A DNA stretch of 64,000 bases from an uncultured virus (IMG/VR IMGVR_UViG_3300021197_000882) (lineage: Duplodnaviria > Heunggongvirae > Uroviricota > Caudoviricetes): IMG/VR virus record IMGVR_UViG_3300021197_000882. One strand, given 5' to 3'. Position numbers and translations under genes: made by a program. The notes beneath the pieces are model-generated. The model was given only the letters and a program-made list of their open reading frames with translations, ran no database searches and had not been told where the DNA came from. Within the stretch, counting starts at the first letter, position 1, and each line of letters starts with the position of its first letter. Positions 10,003 through 21,005 of the stretch are shown here, in pieces.

Positions 10003-10211
10003 TGAGGAAGGCAGTTAGAACAGGAAATTGCCCTCCTCATTTTATGCCAAAAATAATTGTATATACTTTAGCAACTGCTTTTTCTATAAGCCCTTTAGAG
10101 GTTTATAGGATGCCAGCAAGTCTAGTTAAGGAAATGTTATTTATACATCAAACGGTTAAGGAACTTGAAGCAGAAGAGATGGATAAGGCCCAAAAGGGCG
10201 TAAAAATGTAG
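9999..10211 (+). CDS. tail assembly chaperone frameshift extension (gpT-like)
   Basis: -1 frame relative to upstream ORF; LATAFSISPLEVYRMP resembles gpT-type segments. Confidence 0.75.
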   Translation: MMRKAVRTGNCPPHFMPKIIVYTLATAFSISPLEVYRMPASLVKEMLFIHQTVKELEAEEMDKAQKGVKM

Positions 10212-10221
10212 AGGGGTTAAT

Positions 10222-12504
10222 TTGTCAACAAAAGGAAATGCTATGAAAGGCGCACAGGCTAAGGCTAATTTAAGAAAATTAGGCCTAGCAGGATTGCCCG
10301 AACTAATACAAAATATTAGTGACACTATGGTTGGCCTTCAAAACAATATGTCAAAAACAGAAAAGGATTTTAAGGACTTTACTAGAACTCTTTCAAAACA
10401 AAACGAAACTACTGAAGAAGGCTCAAAGAAAGTAAATAAATATGGTAAAGAAGTTAATTCTATGGGTATTGCTATTACTAAGGCTAATAAGCGAACTTCT
10501 ATACTAAATAGCGCACTTAAGAAATTAAGTGCTTATGATAAACCGAAAACCTTTGAGTTATTTAGTCCTAAATCCTTTAAGGCATATATAGATGCAGGAG
10601 GTTCAGGATTTGAATACTTTGCTGAATTCTTAACTAATAGTAGAGAAGATATAAGAATTATGTCTTTTGAAGCGGCTAAATTAAGAAGGTTCGTTTTTGG
10701 TTTCATTCCCGGCGGTTTCACCTTTTTGAGTAAGATAGGATTTACTCTTCAATTTATAGGAAGCACATTAAGGACATTTTTGCCAAGAACTGCCAAAGAC
10801 CTAAAGGAAAACACTGATGAAATGGGTAAGTTCCAAAAAGCAATAGGTGGAGTATTTGGGTTTTTAGGGGGCAAAAGAGGAAAGGATGCGTTTAAGAATC
10901 CAATAAAAGGCATGAGTGCTTTTATTAAGAAAAGAAAGCAAGTAAATAAATTAGCAGACAATTCCAATACTGATAAACTAGCATTCTCTAATTTCTCTTT
11001 AGATACTGCTAAGGATTCTAATGTCAAAATGAGAAGTCCGGTAGGAACTACTGAACTAGAGGGAATTAAAAAATTCGGTAAGCAATCTACCATAATGAAA
11101 TTAGCCCAAAGAAAAATAGATAAAAGAATTGCTAAGGAACAAAAAGTCGCCTTTAAAAAACAAATAAGCAATAGGAAAAGACTTGCCAAACTAAGGTTAG
11201 ATGGTGAGAAAAAATACGGGGAAGAGATAAAAGAATTAAATGAGAAACTTCGTAAAATAGAAACAAAAGCCGAACAAAAGGCTATTGCATTTGCAGAAAA
11301 GAAAAGAAAAGAAGGAGCAATATCTACTTTTGATGAAGAGGTAGAACTCATCAATAAAAAGCGAAAAGAACTTATAAAAGGGGCTATGGAAGACCCTAGA
11401 GGAAAAAAGATTGCTAGAGACAAAACAAGGGCTATTTCTAGAAGAGAAAAAATGCGAAGTAAGTATGACGCAAGAGAAGCCGATATGGATAAAGTCGGTA
11501 AAGAAAAGGGTTTGACTGCTAAACACTTTGAGAAGATATCCTTCAAAGTAAATGCCAAAAGAATGACCAAACTTCTTAATTCTAAACCGATTAAATTATT
11601 TAGAAAGGTGGGTAGTGCTATCTTTATGATTTCTAGAAAGGTTGGGTATTTCTTCTTAGGATTTTTAGCCTTTGTTGTTGGTATGTTTTTATTGCTTAAA
11701 TTAATTGGCCCCGCTTTAAAGGCCTCTTTTGACGCAATTAAGACGGTGTTTTTGTTTGGTCTTAGTATGATATTACCTGCTATTTCTACAATATGGGAAG
11801 GGCTGAAAGGTCTATGGAATGTAGCCTTTAATGGAGGTAGTTTAACTGACTTAATCAATAGCCTTGTTACTTTAGCATACGGCATATTACAGTTAGTTTT
11901 AGGCGTGGCTATAGCGACTCTAGGAGTAGTAATTACTCTAGCAGTATCTACACTATTTAACGCAGGTAAAAAGATAGGTGAAAAACTAATAGAAGTGGCG
12001 CAGAAAGGAAAAACGGCTCTAGCGGCGGCGGCTGTAATTGGCTTTATTCTTTGGTGGTATACTGCTCCTGTATGGTTAGTTGCCCTAATTGGTTTTGTTG
12101 TTTACAAAGCAGTAAGAATTCTAATAAAAGACGGTGTGGACGGATTAAAAGATGCTGTATTAAAGGTCAAAGTGTTAGAAAAGGTAAGTAAGGGTCTAGG
12201 TAAGGTTAAAGATAAAGTTACAGGTCTTTTCGAAAAGAGAGCAACTGGTGGTATAGTAGGACAGGGAGAAACAACTCTTGTTGGAGAAAGAGGGCCGGAA
12301 TTAGTTAAATTACCTGCGGGTTCTAGAGTTTATACTAATAGTCAATCTAGGCAAATGTCAGGCTCTACGGTAAATAATTTTAACATAACCGTTAATGCTA
12401 AAGATACTTCTAAGGAAGAAATGAGAAGAATGGCTGATGAGATAGGAAAAATGGTTAGTTATAAAATAAATAGGCGTTCTTCTTTTAGAAATTCGATATT
12501 GTGA
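10222..12504 (+). CDS. tail tape measure protein
   Basis: 760 aa, TTG start after GAGGGG; helical with hydrophobic segments; C-terminal RATGG...VGERGPEL motif typical of tape measures. Confidence 0.85.
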   Translation: MSTKGNAMKGAQAKANLRKLGLAGLPELIQNISDTMVGLQNNMSKTEKDFKDFTRTLSKQNETTEEGSKKVNKYGKEVNSMGIAITKANKRTSILNSALKKLSAYDKPKTFELFSPKSFKAYIDAGGSGFEYFAEFLTNSREDIRIMSFEAAKLRRFVFGFIPGGFTFLSKIGFTLQFIGSTLRTFLPRTAKDLKENTDEMGKFQKAIGGVFGFLGGKRGKDAFKNPIKGMSAFIKKRKQVNKLADNSNTDKLAFSNFSLDTAKDSNVKMRSPVGTTELEGIKKFGKQSTIMKLAQRKIDKRIAKEQKVAFKKQISNRKRLAKLRLDGEKKYGEEIKELNEKLRKIETKAEQKAIAFAEKKRKEGAISTFDEEVELINKKRKELIKGAMEDPRGKKIARDKTRAISRREKMRSKYDAREADMDKVGKEKGLTAKHFEKISFKVNAKRMTKLLNSKPIKLFRKVGSAIFMISRKVGYFFLGFLAFVVGMFLLLKLIGPALKASFDAIKTVFLFGLSMILPAISTIWEGLKGLWNVAFNGGSLTDLINSLVTLAYGILQLVLGVAIATLGVVITLAVSTLFNAGKKIGEKLIEVAQKGKTALAAAAVIGFILWWYTAPVWLVALIGFVVYKAVRILIKDGVDGLKDAVLKVKVLEKVSKGLGKVKDKVTGLFEKRATGGIVGQGETTLVGERGPELVKLPAGSRVYTNSQSRQMSGSTVNNFNITVNAKDTSKEEMRRMADEIGKMVSYKINRRSSFRNSIL

Positions 12505-12513
12505 GATGATTAG

Positions 12514-13167
12514 ATGACAGATTATGTGTATTTGAAACTACAGAAATTCAGTGGTAGTGATTTAACCATAGATACTATTCCTTTAAAAGTCACCTCTGCC
12601 GCTTTTAGCGTAGATAAGACAATACCAAATCTTACTATTCCCTTTGCAGGAGTAGGTTTCGGTCAGGCTAAAACCATCGCTCTTGATACTGGCAAAGCAG
12701 AAAGAAGATTGAACTTGACTGGGTATATAGTGGACTCAGTTCTCAAAAGAAGCCACACTAGAGTAGACCCAAACGATAGTGCCTCTGCTGTAAAAAGCCT
12801 AAATTTTACATCACAGGAAATTGCACAACTTATTGCTTCGGGGGTAGATGCTACAGGAATAAATGAATATCAATCTTTTCAAGAGATAACTATCTTAATG
12901 GACTCTAAGGTCGATAAAGCCTATAATCAAAGAACAGATACGGTTCAAATACCTTTTACCTTCAAGGCTAGAGGAGATGGAGGAGGAGGAACAGCACAGG
13001 AAAAATTAGACAATGAAGGTGCTTTTTTGGCTAAGGACACCTTTCCAACTTCTGTAACAAGTACAGGGTTGAAAGGATATGTTTCTAGTTTTGGTTTTTC
13101 TTTCGATGCTGAAACCGTTGAAATTGAATTTACTATGGAATTTACCATAGCAGATGTATTACCTTGA
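12514..13167 (+). CDS. putative distal tail (Dit-like) protein
   Basis: first gene after tape measure, 217 aa beta-rich. Confidence 0.55.
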   Translation: MTDYVYLKLQKFSGSDLTIDTIPLKVTSAAFSVDKTIPNLTIPFAGVGFGQAKTIALDTGKAERRLNLTGYIVDSVLKRSHTRVDPNDSASAVKSLNFTSQEIAQLIASGVDATGINEYQSFQEITILMDSKVDKAYNQRTDTVQIPFTFKARGDGGGGTAQEKLDNEGAFLAKDTFPTSVTSTGLKGYVSSFGFSFDAETVEIEFTMEFTIADVLP

Positions 13168-13176
13168 GGTGAATAA

Positions 13177-14418
13177 ATGTATAATGTATTTGTAGGAAAA
13201 CAAAGAAGTTTGGTATTTCCTGTAATGTGTAATGGTTTTGCTACTATTGATTATGCAGAAAATATACCCGATGCTGGAACTTCTAGCGATACTACTGATG
13301 ATGTTACTTATGGAATATGGGCGCATACAGGTTCGTTTACAATAGAAGCGATAATTACTCCGTATGATATAATGGGGGCAGGAACTAATGTTAGCGGTCA
13401 AGCGGCAGTTCCTAATAGATTAACTTCTAAGAAAATATTTCCGGCTCATTTAGTTACTGAAACTAATGACGCTGTTTTACAAGGAGAGACATATTTAGAT
13501 AAAACAGAAAGAGATACTCATGAAATGGCTATTTTTCACAGCACTAATTTTTCTTTGTTTCTAGTAAATGAAGCATTGAATTCCAATTTTACTGGTACAC
13601 ACCCTAACTCTATGACAGGTAGAACTAGAAACAATCCTGCTAGATACAAAATTATGGCTAAGATAAAAATTGGCAGTAGTGCAGTTAGGACATTTACTAG
13701 CCCTGTTGTTATAGAACCAAATCGTTCTTCTTTTGTTAAGTATTCTAGTGATGATGATTTAACTGGGTTAGTAAATGGTAGAACTGAATATATCAAAATT
13801 GGTGATGCTACTTCTATTGCGGCTAGTGGAACTAGCGACCCCGCTTTGGGTTTTGGTGGAACGGAAGCAATACTTTTTTCTTCGTTAGATACTACGGAAG
13901 TTCCGATTGCTAGTAATGGTAAAACGGATATATTCATAAGACAAAATTCACAATACATAAACATAGGATTTGTTGTTGCTTTAACAGGTGGAAATAGAAT
14001 CCACTTTCCAAATAATAGCGTTTCTTCGGAGAACGAAGCGATAATAAATGCTGGATGTGAGGTGTTTGTTAGAGGAAAGGCTGACCCCGCTTATGTAAAT
14101 AATTCATTTCATATAGCCTGTTCATTTGATAATACTAGTAGGGAGGTCTCTATTTATATAAATGGGTCTAGAATATTACAAGAAACTCATCAAGATAGTG
14201 GTAATTTTATCTTTGCTAGAGAAAACTTGTATCTTGGTGCTAATGGTGGTGGAAGTACAGGGGCAGGTTCAGCAAGTACAAATAAACAATTTATGGGAGA
14301 GTTTCATGAGTTATCAATAGTAAATAAAAGAAAGGATGTGTTTTCTACTTTAACCAATCTTACTCCAACTTATAGTGATGCTTTGGTCTATCTTAGATTT
14401 GAGGAGGTTGATGAGTAA
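13177..14418 (+). CDS. tail protein with LamG/concanavalin-like domain
   Basis: SFTIEA...FHIACSFD...IYING...LYLGA...FMGEFHEL LamG pattern. Confidence 0.75.
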   Translation: MYNVFVGKQRSLVFPVMCNGFATIDYAENIPDAGTSSDTTDDVTYGIWAHTGSFTIEAIITPYDIMGAGTNVSGQAAVPNRLTSKKIFPAHLVTETNDAVLQGETYLDKTERDTHEMAIFHSTNFSLFLVNEALNSNFTGTHPNSMTGRTRNNPARYKIMAKIKIGSSAVRTFTSPVVIEPNRSSFVKYSSDDDLTGLVNGRTEYIKIGDATSIAASGTSDPALGFGGTEAILFSSLDTTEVPIASNGKTDIFIRQNSQYINIGFVVALTGGNRIHFPNNSVSSENEAIINAGCEVFVRGKADPAYVNNSFHIACSFDNTSREVSIYINGSRILQETHQDSGNFIFARENLYLGANGGGSTGAGSASTNKQFMGEFHELSIVNKRKDVFSTLTNLTPTYSDALVYLRFEEVDE

Positions 14419-17400
14419 TGCCATTCAATATAGAACCTTCAGCCCCCACTCAAGTGAATGCTGGAAAGTCTGAAGATGCGCCTACTAATACTAAGTTTAG
14501 AAATACAAGTAGCGTTGCAGATGACCATTTTGTTTCTATAATAGTGATGGCAGATGATAGCCTTAGTGCTAGTATGACAATAGGTACGGAACTAAGTAAT
14601 GATGCTACAACCAAAGGATTTAGAATAAAAAGCGATTCCACTTTAACATTTAATAATTTTGATACAGTAGACTACTTTGTATTAGTTCACTCCGATGATG
14701 ATAAGAAACACCACTTTGCTAAAGTAACTAATCTAATTGTAGAAGATGACGGTAATGGAACTAGCACTTGCGATGCTTTTGAGTTTGAGCCGAAGTTGGG
14801 AAATGAAATACCGAAAGGGACAAAGTATAGAATCATTACAGGAATAAATGATACTAATAATAAAATAGTTGCTCTATCGGTAGGGCTAAAACAAGATGAT
14901 GATAGTGCTAATTTAAAAAATGGAGCAGTTTGCGCTAGACCACTGTTTTATTTCTTTAATGATAGGTTAGACAAAAAGAACGAACTAGACCACAATACCA
15001 AGTATTACGCTTTGGGAAAAATGGGAAGTTCTACTACTGTTACTATTGCTCAACATGCTTCCGATGGAATCACTTTTAGAACAGTTTCGGATTTTGGTAA
15101 AAGAATAGTAGACTACAGTAAATATTCTTTAGTTGTTAATATGACTGATAAACTTAGAACATTAGACGAAAGTAGCGGCGGAAGTAATACCTCTAATGAA
15201 GGAGGCACTGTTACTATTGATTACAATGATTACAAAGATGCCTACATTAATGCTAGAAGAAGTAGTGATAATTCCATAACAACTAGAGATACTTTAGGAC
15301 AGACTAGATATTTACACTACGATTATTCTCCCGAAAAATCTAATCTTGTTACAGCAGTAATAGATAATGAAACTAGAGATTCAATCAATCAAGGTAGTTT
15401 TTCAGAAACTAGAATAGTAGATAATGGAAGAATAATGAATAAAAAAATAGATGTCTTTGACCCGTACAAGGTTAGAAATTTATTACACAGGGCTAACTTA
15501 GATGCGTTTGTAAACCTAAAGGCTTCTTTTGTCTCCGAGGCATCGGCAAATGTCTTTAACATTAGAACTGAATATGACTTAGCAACTGTATTAAATGCAG
15601 GTGATGAAGTAAAGATACAAGATAAGATAATGCTAGTGTCTAGTATGGGTTCTTTTACTAATGCGGCAACGCTACAAACTCTAACGGTTAGAGCAGAAAA
15701 AAGAACAGAGAATGCTCAATCATTTACTTCGTTAAGTTTTACTCCTACTGCTGACGATATTCTTTCAAGAAGGGCATATAATCCTACTGATAATACTATC
15801 ATAACTACAATGAATTTAATCAATAGAACAGATAATTTAGAAATTTTATTTAACTCAACTAATGAAACTAAACTACTGGCTACGATTTCAGCAGTAGATA
15901 AAGATAAATCTATGATGACTGTTTCTTATACAGGAGATAGTTACTATGCCAATCCTTTAGAGTTTATTAGAGGAGAATACACTGTATATTCACTTAAGTT
16001 TGAAGGAGAAGTAGAACAAATAAATACTGTTAAAGAAGACTCTCAAACCTTTTTGGATATAAAGGGAAGAGATAAACTAAACAAATTGCTATCTCCTATT
16101 ATTAACAAAGATACTGCATTTAGCGAAGATATTATTTATTCTAGCAATAGTCCTACTAATACATTAGTTAGCGTAAATCTAGGGTCTAGGACTACCAATG
16201 ATGCAGTTGGAGGTTCTTTGAAAACGGCGGTAATTACTAGTGCTACTGCCCCAGTAGCCGTTGGAGATAAGTTATTCACTCAAAGAGGCTTCATAGGTAA
16301 GGTTTCAAGTTTAGGAAGTCACTTTTTAGGCGCACCACTTCATCTAATTAATTTTGAAACTGGACTACTTTCTATGGTATTATCATCTGATACTGTTTAT
16401 ATTGAAAGTGAGAAAAACTATATGTTTACTAAAGCACTAGGTTCATCAAACTTTGCTAGTGCTTCTCCCACTTCTTTAGTAGGTTCAGCAGGTAAGGGAT
16501 TAATTTTTACTGCGGGTAATGCCATAGATTCTACTGGGGCTGAAGTTTCCGCACTTCCAAATACTAGTTCTAATTCCGATGAAAAAGCGATAGGGTATGA
16601 GATAAATTCTCCTAAGAATATAAAATTAGACAGTGCGTTTGAGTGCATATTAAAAGATGAAATTGGTGGAGGGACTACATCTACTTTTGATACTGTTAAT
16701 ACTTTAATAGATTTTGAAATAGTTTCTACTTCTAAAAGAGATAATGTTACTCAAATAGAATTAGCACCTTATGTTCCTATAACTTTAGGAAGGTCTGTTG
16801 ATTTTCAAGGAATTAAGGCACAGAGAATAGAGCAAGAAACTAGCGTTGCTTTAACAGTTACGGCCAACAAAAGTTCAGGGGAAGTTGTTGTAGAAACGAC
16901 TAATACAGGAGCAGGATTTTCTAACATAAAGATAGGAGAACCTTTGTACGGAAACTGTTTTCAAGGTTCACAAACGGAAGAAGAAGGTTTTCTTGGGTAT
17001 GTAGTAGACATAATAAAATTTGAACAGAAGGCTAGTCATATTAGTAGTGGCAATCCTGCCGCTAATACTACTACTCATCAAATCGTAGTGGATAGAAATC
17101 AAAGTAGTGCAGGAAACAGAATAGATTTAGATATAGGAGATGAAATATTAGTTTCTACAAGAAGCAGAAACCATGTTAATTTATCTAATACTGCGCATCT
17201 ATGGGGGGGAAAAATATTTTCGATACCTCATCAAAAACACATTTCTACTGGTCTAGTTCCTTTTAATGCAGTAAGAACTTCAACTACTGATTTTATTTCG
17301 GAGTTTGGTAATCCTTATTATAAAACAATTAATGTAGATACTTTTAGGCTTGGAACAGAAGACCTACATTTTGATAATGTATTCGGGTCACTTAGTTTTG

Positions 17401-20400
17401 ATTTTGCCGGAAAATATAGCGGAAGAATGACTCCTATTAAGAAAAATTTTACTTCATATAAATTTTCACCAAGAGTAGGAAATATGTCTATAACTGAAAT
17501 AAATCAAAGAGGGTCTAATGAAGAGATGCCCTATGATAAAAGAGGCCATGTTAGTATTTACGGCTCCAATATATCTAATATGAGAAGGCAGGGTAGGGAC
17601 TTGACTACTAGTTTAATACACCCCGATGTTAGGGCTAGTAGAGATACCGTTGGAAGAAAGCATCTTTTTGAAAGTGTAGATGATTCTTTCCCAAGATTGT
17701 TTTTCTATATTACTTCTGACCTTCTACCGTATTCTTCACTTAGAACAGACAGCATTTTTCACGAAGACGGTAGTAGTAGTGCTACTAAATCTTTAACAGG
17801 CTATAAATTATTTTTAACAGATAATTCTAATAAAACCGATTCAGACGGTAATTTAATACTAAAGGACAGTAACTTTCAAAGTTTATCTTTTACTACTAAT
17901 AGTGATATTACTAAACTAAAGCGTTTTGGATTAATGAGATTAACAGAATGTGTTTACGATGAGTATTTTAATTTAATTAATCCTGAAAAATCCACAGAGG
18001 AAATATATTTTAATTCTCCTTTTGGTCTTGGTTCTATATGCCATCGCTTAACTTCTACAGGCGAATTAGGAACTACTCTCACTATAGATTCTATAGGTAT
18101 AAATTCTCTAGGCAATCCAGCGAATCAAATTATTTTTACTAGCCCAGTTAAGTTAATGGCGGGAGATAAAATATTCATAGGAGCAGAATTTGTTGGTACT
18201 ATTAATGCGGATAGTGGAAGTGCTATAGCAACACATGCTACCAATGGTGCTACCTTCACTCCTAGTATGGATAACAATACTAATAGGGCGGCTGTTAGAC
18301 TTACTGATGTTTTTCAAGCAACTACTTCGGGTAGGAAAAAAGATGATAGTATATTTGGTAGTAACAATACTGCTGATTATCATCCATTAAAGGGTGCTAT
18401 TATACCTAAAACCAGTAACTATAATTATGGTGCTTCGGGAAGTACAGCATTTGTTGATAACGATGATACTGCTATTAATTTGGAAGTCAATAGTGAGGTG
18501 GTTTTACCTAGTATTTTTGGAAGTGGTGCTAATAGTTTCCTAACTAATTCTATTTATCTAGGGGGTTTGAACTATAATGCACAAGGAAGGTCAGTTAGTT
18601 ATGTTTTAGGTAAAATGCTGGCATTACAATCTGATGTAGGTAATCCACATGGGGGTTTAATAGGAGTAGTTTTAGATACCTATTCAATAGAAAGTGGAAC
18701 AGGTTCTCTTAAGGTAGGAGATACTACAGATGTATTAGGAACAGGTTCTATTAAAAGAAGCGGCCTAGTTTTAGACCCTACTTCTTCTACTATTCCTAGA
18801 GAAATCGTAACTTTAACTTCTACTACTCACCATCAAGAAAGACTATCACCATCAAGAAATACTGCTCATGATTATTCTAGTGATAGTAATAGAGACAGTC
18901 CTGCCGATGGAGCATATTTAGGATTTAAGTTAAGACTATTTCGTGCTTCTTGGTCTGCAATTGAAAGCACAGTTGCTTCTTCTAATGGTAATATATACAA
19001 GTATACCATACCTGTTAATGGAAAAGGCGCACCTCCCAATCCGGATGAAGAACTAATGGCTTGGTTAGATTTAGTGGACTTAACAGGTTGCTACTTAGTC
19101 CCCGAAGTAAACACAGGAACTCAAACAGTAGATGCTATAGGGGGCATAAGTTTGGGCTTAGGTCATTTAGCCGACCCTATCTATATTTATTCTCATGAGG
19201 CGGCTACAATAGAACAACAAGACGGTACAGCAAGTGTAGCGATACATACTAGTTCTCAATTGGATAATGGTAGGGCGTATAGAGTTATGCAACCTAATGC
19301 TAATTGTTTATTTGAAACTCATCCGGATGAAATACAACTAAACACTCTAAGACCCGAATATACTAAACAAGCAAATAGCACGGAAATGTATAATGTAAAA
19401 AATAATAATTATTTTTACCATGAAGGAGGGGAAAATGATGCTAAATCCGGTTCTGAGGGAGTTCTATCTATGTTTGTTATGGTAGATGTAGACAATAAAA
19501 GTGGCGGGGGGAATTTAGTTGTAAATAATGCTAATACAAGAACTCTTCTTCCTTCGGATAAATATGAACTATATATCAGCGATGGGGATAATTCAATAAA
19601 AAGAACAGTACATTCGGTAGGTGGTAATGAAAGCCATGCCTTAGTAATACCGGATAAGGTTGCACTAAATGGCATTGTATCTCTATCAGAAACATTAGTA
19701 TTAGATTCCTTAGAAGAACTAAAAATAGACCCGACTAGAGCCTGTATTGGCTCTACGGTAGCAATAGCAAATGAAGCAGAAGAATTACTTAACGAATTAT
19801 TTGAAGAAGAGGGTTTGACTTTTGATAATACCTCCCCAACATATCCATTATTTATCGCTCCTAAGTTTACGGGTACTTCGTTATTTTCCGCAATTAATTA
19901 CATATTGGAAAGAAAAGATTTGGCTTTAATAATAAATCAGAATTCTTTTACTGTTAAAACTAGAGAAGATACTATTTTTAGAACTAATATTTTAGTAAAT
20001 GATGATAAAATTATAGATTATGAAACGATAGATAGTGGCTTTGATTTCTATAATCAAGTAGTTGTCTACGGTTCTTCGCATAAAGCGGATAGGAAGAACT
20101 TGACTAGCATACAGAAAATAGGCAGAAAAACATTAGAAGAAGTTGATTCATCTTTAATAACACAACAAGATGTAGATGAAAGAGCAGGTAAATTGCTAAG
20201 ACTACATGGAAGCCTTGATAAAAAAATTAAGGTTAGAGTTATACCAACAGGACATGAACAACTAAGAGCAGGAGATATAATACAATTTGAATCTAAGCAA
20301 GAGAATATAGGTTTAGATAATTATATTGTATTAGATATAACTCATCCTATTAGTGGTTTTGTTACAATAGAGATGGGTAAATATTCTAAGAAACTAGAAG

Positions 20401-20660
20401 ATGTATTTGCAGAACTACTACTACAATCACAGTCTAATTCAAATAAATTACGGGCATTGTCTTTCAATGAAAAGGGTCTATCAGTAGACTTTTTAGAGAA
20501 AGTAAAAATAAAAGAAATGGCACTATTGATTCGGACTAGGGCATCAACAGGGGCTTTCCACCTAGGATTTGCGGCAACACTAAATACAAACGCCAACACA
20601 TTTGGATTTGCAGATGGAACTATCACGCTCACTAATTTATTAGAGGAGGATTTGTTATGA
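14418..20660 (+). CDS. large tail tip/hub protein
   Basis: 2080 aa; FEGEVE..IKGRD and C-terminal NQVVVYG...LRAGDII hub-like motifs; synteny. Confidence 0.65.
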   Translation: MPFNIEPSAPTQVNAGKSEDAPTNTKFRNTSSVADDHFVSIIVMADDSLSASMTIGTELSNDATTKGFRIKSDSTLTFNNFDTVDYFVLVHSDDDKKHHFAKVTNLIVEDDGNGTSTCDAFEFEPKLGNEIPKGTKYRIITGINDTNNKIVALSVGLKQDDDSANLKNGAVCARPLFYFFNDRLDKKNELDHNTKYYALGKMGSSTTVTIAQHASDGITFRTVSDFGKRIVDYSKYSLVVNMTDKLRTLDESSGGSNTSNEGGTVTIDYNDYKDAYINARRSSDNSITTRDTLGQTRYLHYDYSPEKSNLVTAVIDNETRDSINQGSFSETRIVDNGRIMNKKIDVFDPYKVRNLLHRANLDAFVNLKASFVSEASANVFNIRTEYDLATVLNAGDEVKIQDKIMLVSSMGSFTNAATLQTLTVRAEKRTENAQSFTSLSFTPTADDILSRRAYNPTDNTIITTMNLINRTDNLEILFNSTNETKLLATISAVDKDKSMMTVSYTGDSYYANPLEFIRGEYTVYSLKFEGEVEQINTVKEDSQTFLDIKGRDKLNKLLSPIINKDTAFSEDIIYSSNSPTNTLVSVNLGSRTTNDAVGGSLKTAVITSATAPVAVGDKLFTQRGFIGKVSSLGSHFLGAPLHLINFETGLLSMVLSSDTVYIESEKNYMFTKALGSSNFASASPTSLVGSAGKGLIFTAGNAIDSTGAEVSALPNTSSNSDEKAIGYEINSPKNIKLDSAFECILKDEIGGGTTSTFDTVNTLIDFEIVSTSKRDNVTQIELAPYVPITLGRSVDFQGIKAQRIEQETSVALTVTANKSSGEVVVETTNTGAGFSNIKIGEPLYGNCFQGSQTEEEGFLGYVVDIIKFEQKASHISSGNPAANTTTHQIVVDRNQSSAGNRIDLDIGDEILVSTRSRNHVNLSNTAHLWGGKIFSIPHQKHISTGLVPFNAVRTSTTDFISEFGNPYYKTINVDTFRLGTEDLHFDNVFGSLSFDFAGKYSGRMTPIKKNFTSYKFSPRVGNMSITEINQRGSNEEMPYDKRGHVSIYGSNISNMRRQGRDLTTSLIHPDVRASRDTVGRKHLFESVDDSFPRLFFYITSDLLPYSSLRTDSIFHEDGSSSATKSLTGYKLFLTDNSNKTDSDGNLILKDSNFQSLSFTTNSDITKLKRFGLMRLTECVYDEYFNLINPEKSTEEIYFNSPFGLGSICHRLTSTGELGTTLTIDSIGINSLGNPANQIIFTSPVKLMAGDKIFIGAEFVGTINADSGSAIATHATNGATFTPSMDNNTNRAAVRLTDVFQATTSGRKKDDSIFGSNNTADYHPLKGAIIPKTSNYNYGASGSTAFVDNDDTAINLEVNSEVVLPSIFGSGANSFLTNSIYLGGLNYNAQGRSVSYVLGKMLALQSDVGNPHGGLIGVVLDTYSIESGTGSLKVGDTTDVLGTGSIKRSGLVLDPTSSTIPREIVTLTSTTHHQERLSPSRNTAHDYSSDSNRDSPADGAYLGFKLRLFRASWSAIESTVASSNGNIYKYTIPVNGKGAPPNPDEELMAWLDLVDLTGCYLVPEVNTGTQTVDAIGGISLGLGHLADPIYIYSHEAATIEQQDGTASVAIHTSSQLDNGRAYRVMQPNANCLFETHPDEIQLNTLRPEYTKQANSTEMYNVKNNNYFYHEGGENDAKSGSEGVLSMFVMVDVDNKSGGGNLVVNNANTRTLLPSDKYELYISDGDNSIKRTVHSVGGNESHALVIPDKVALNGIVSLSETLVLDSLEELKIDPTRACIGSTVAIANEAEELLNELFEEEGLTFDNTSPTYPLFIAPKFTGTSLFSAINYILERKDLALIINQNSFTVKTREDTIFRTNILVNDDKIIDYETIDSGFDFYNQVVVYGSSHKADRKNLTSIQKIGRKTLEEVDSSLITQQDVDERAGKLLRLHGSLDKKIKVRVIPTGHEQLRAGDIIQFESKQENIGLDNYIVLDITHPISGFVTIEMGKYSKKLEDVFAELLLQSQSNSNKLRALSFNEKGLSVDFLEKVKIKEMALLIRTRASTGAFHLGFAATLNTNANTFGFADGTITLTNLLEEDLL

Positions 20661-21004
20661 TAACAGAAAAATTACAGGAAGAAGTAGCCGAACATATTAA
20701 AAGTTTAATGTTAAAAGCAGATGTCGGGCAGGGAGGAAATTCGACTAATCCAATAAGTGATACATTGGATGTTCCTTTAGGATTGACTATTACACCTACT
20801 AAAAGCAGTTCTACTAGTAATGTGATAGAGGCTAAGATTTCTATTGCCGGAACTTCTTTAAATGGAAATATAATAAGGGAAGTAGGTCTGTTTAATCACG
20901 CTTCAGCAAATCAAAATATGATTCAAAGAATTAACTTTGATGCAATTGGCCCGATTGCTAATGATGCTACACTAGAAATTTTTATTATTATGGAGGTAGA
21001 GTAG
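20657..21004 (+). CDS. tail/baseplate-associated protein
   Basis: NGNIIREVGLFN motif as in fibre-anchoring domains. Confidence 0.6.
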   Translation: MITEKLQEEVAEHIKSLMLKADVGQGGNSTNPISDTLDVPLGLTITPTKSSSTSNVIEAKISIAGTSLNGNIIREVGLFNHASANQNMIQRINFDAIGPIANDATLEIFIIMEVE

Positions 21005-21005
21005 A

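Noticed and set aside
10749..11885. 378-aa ORF on the - strand
   Set aside because: Antisense shadow of the Lys-rich tape measure gene; Leu/Phe/Ser-rich composition mirrors + strand codons and no RBS is evident.
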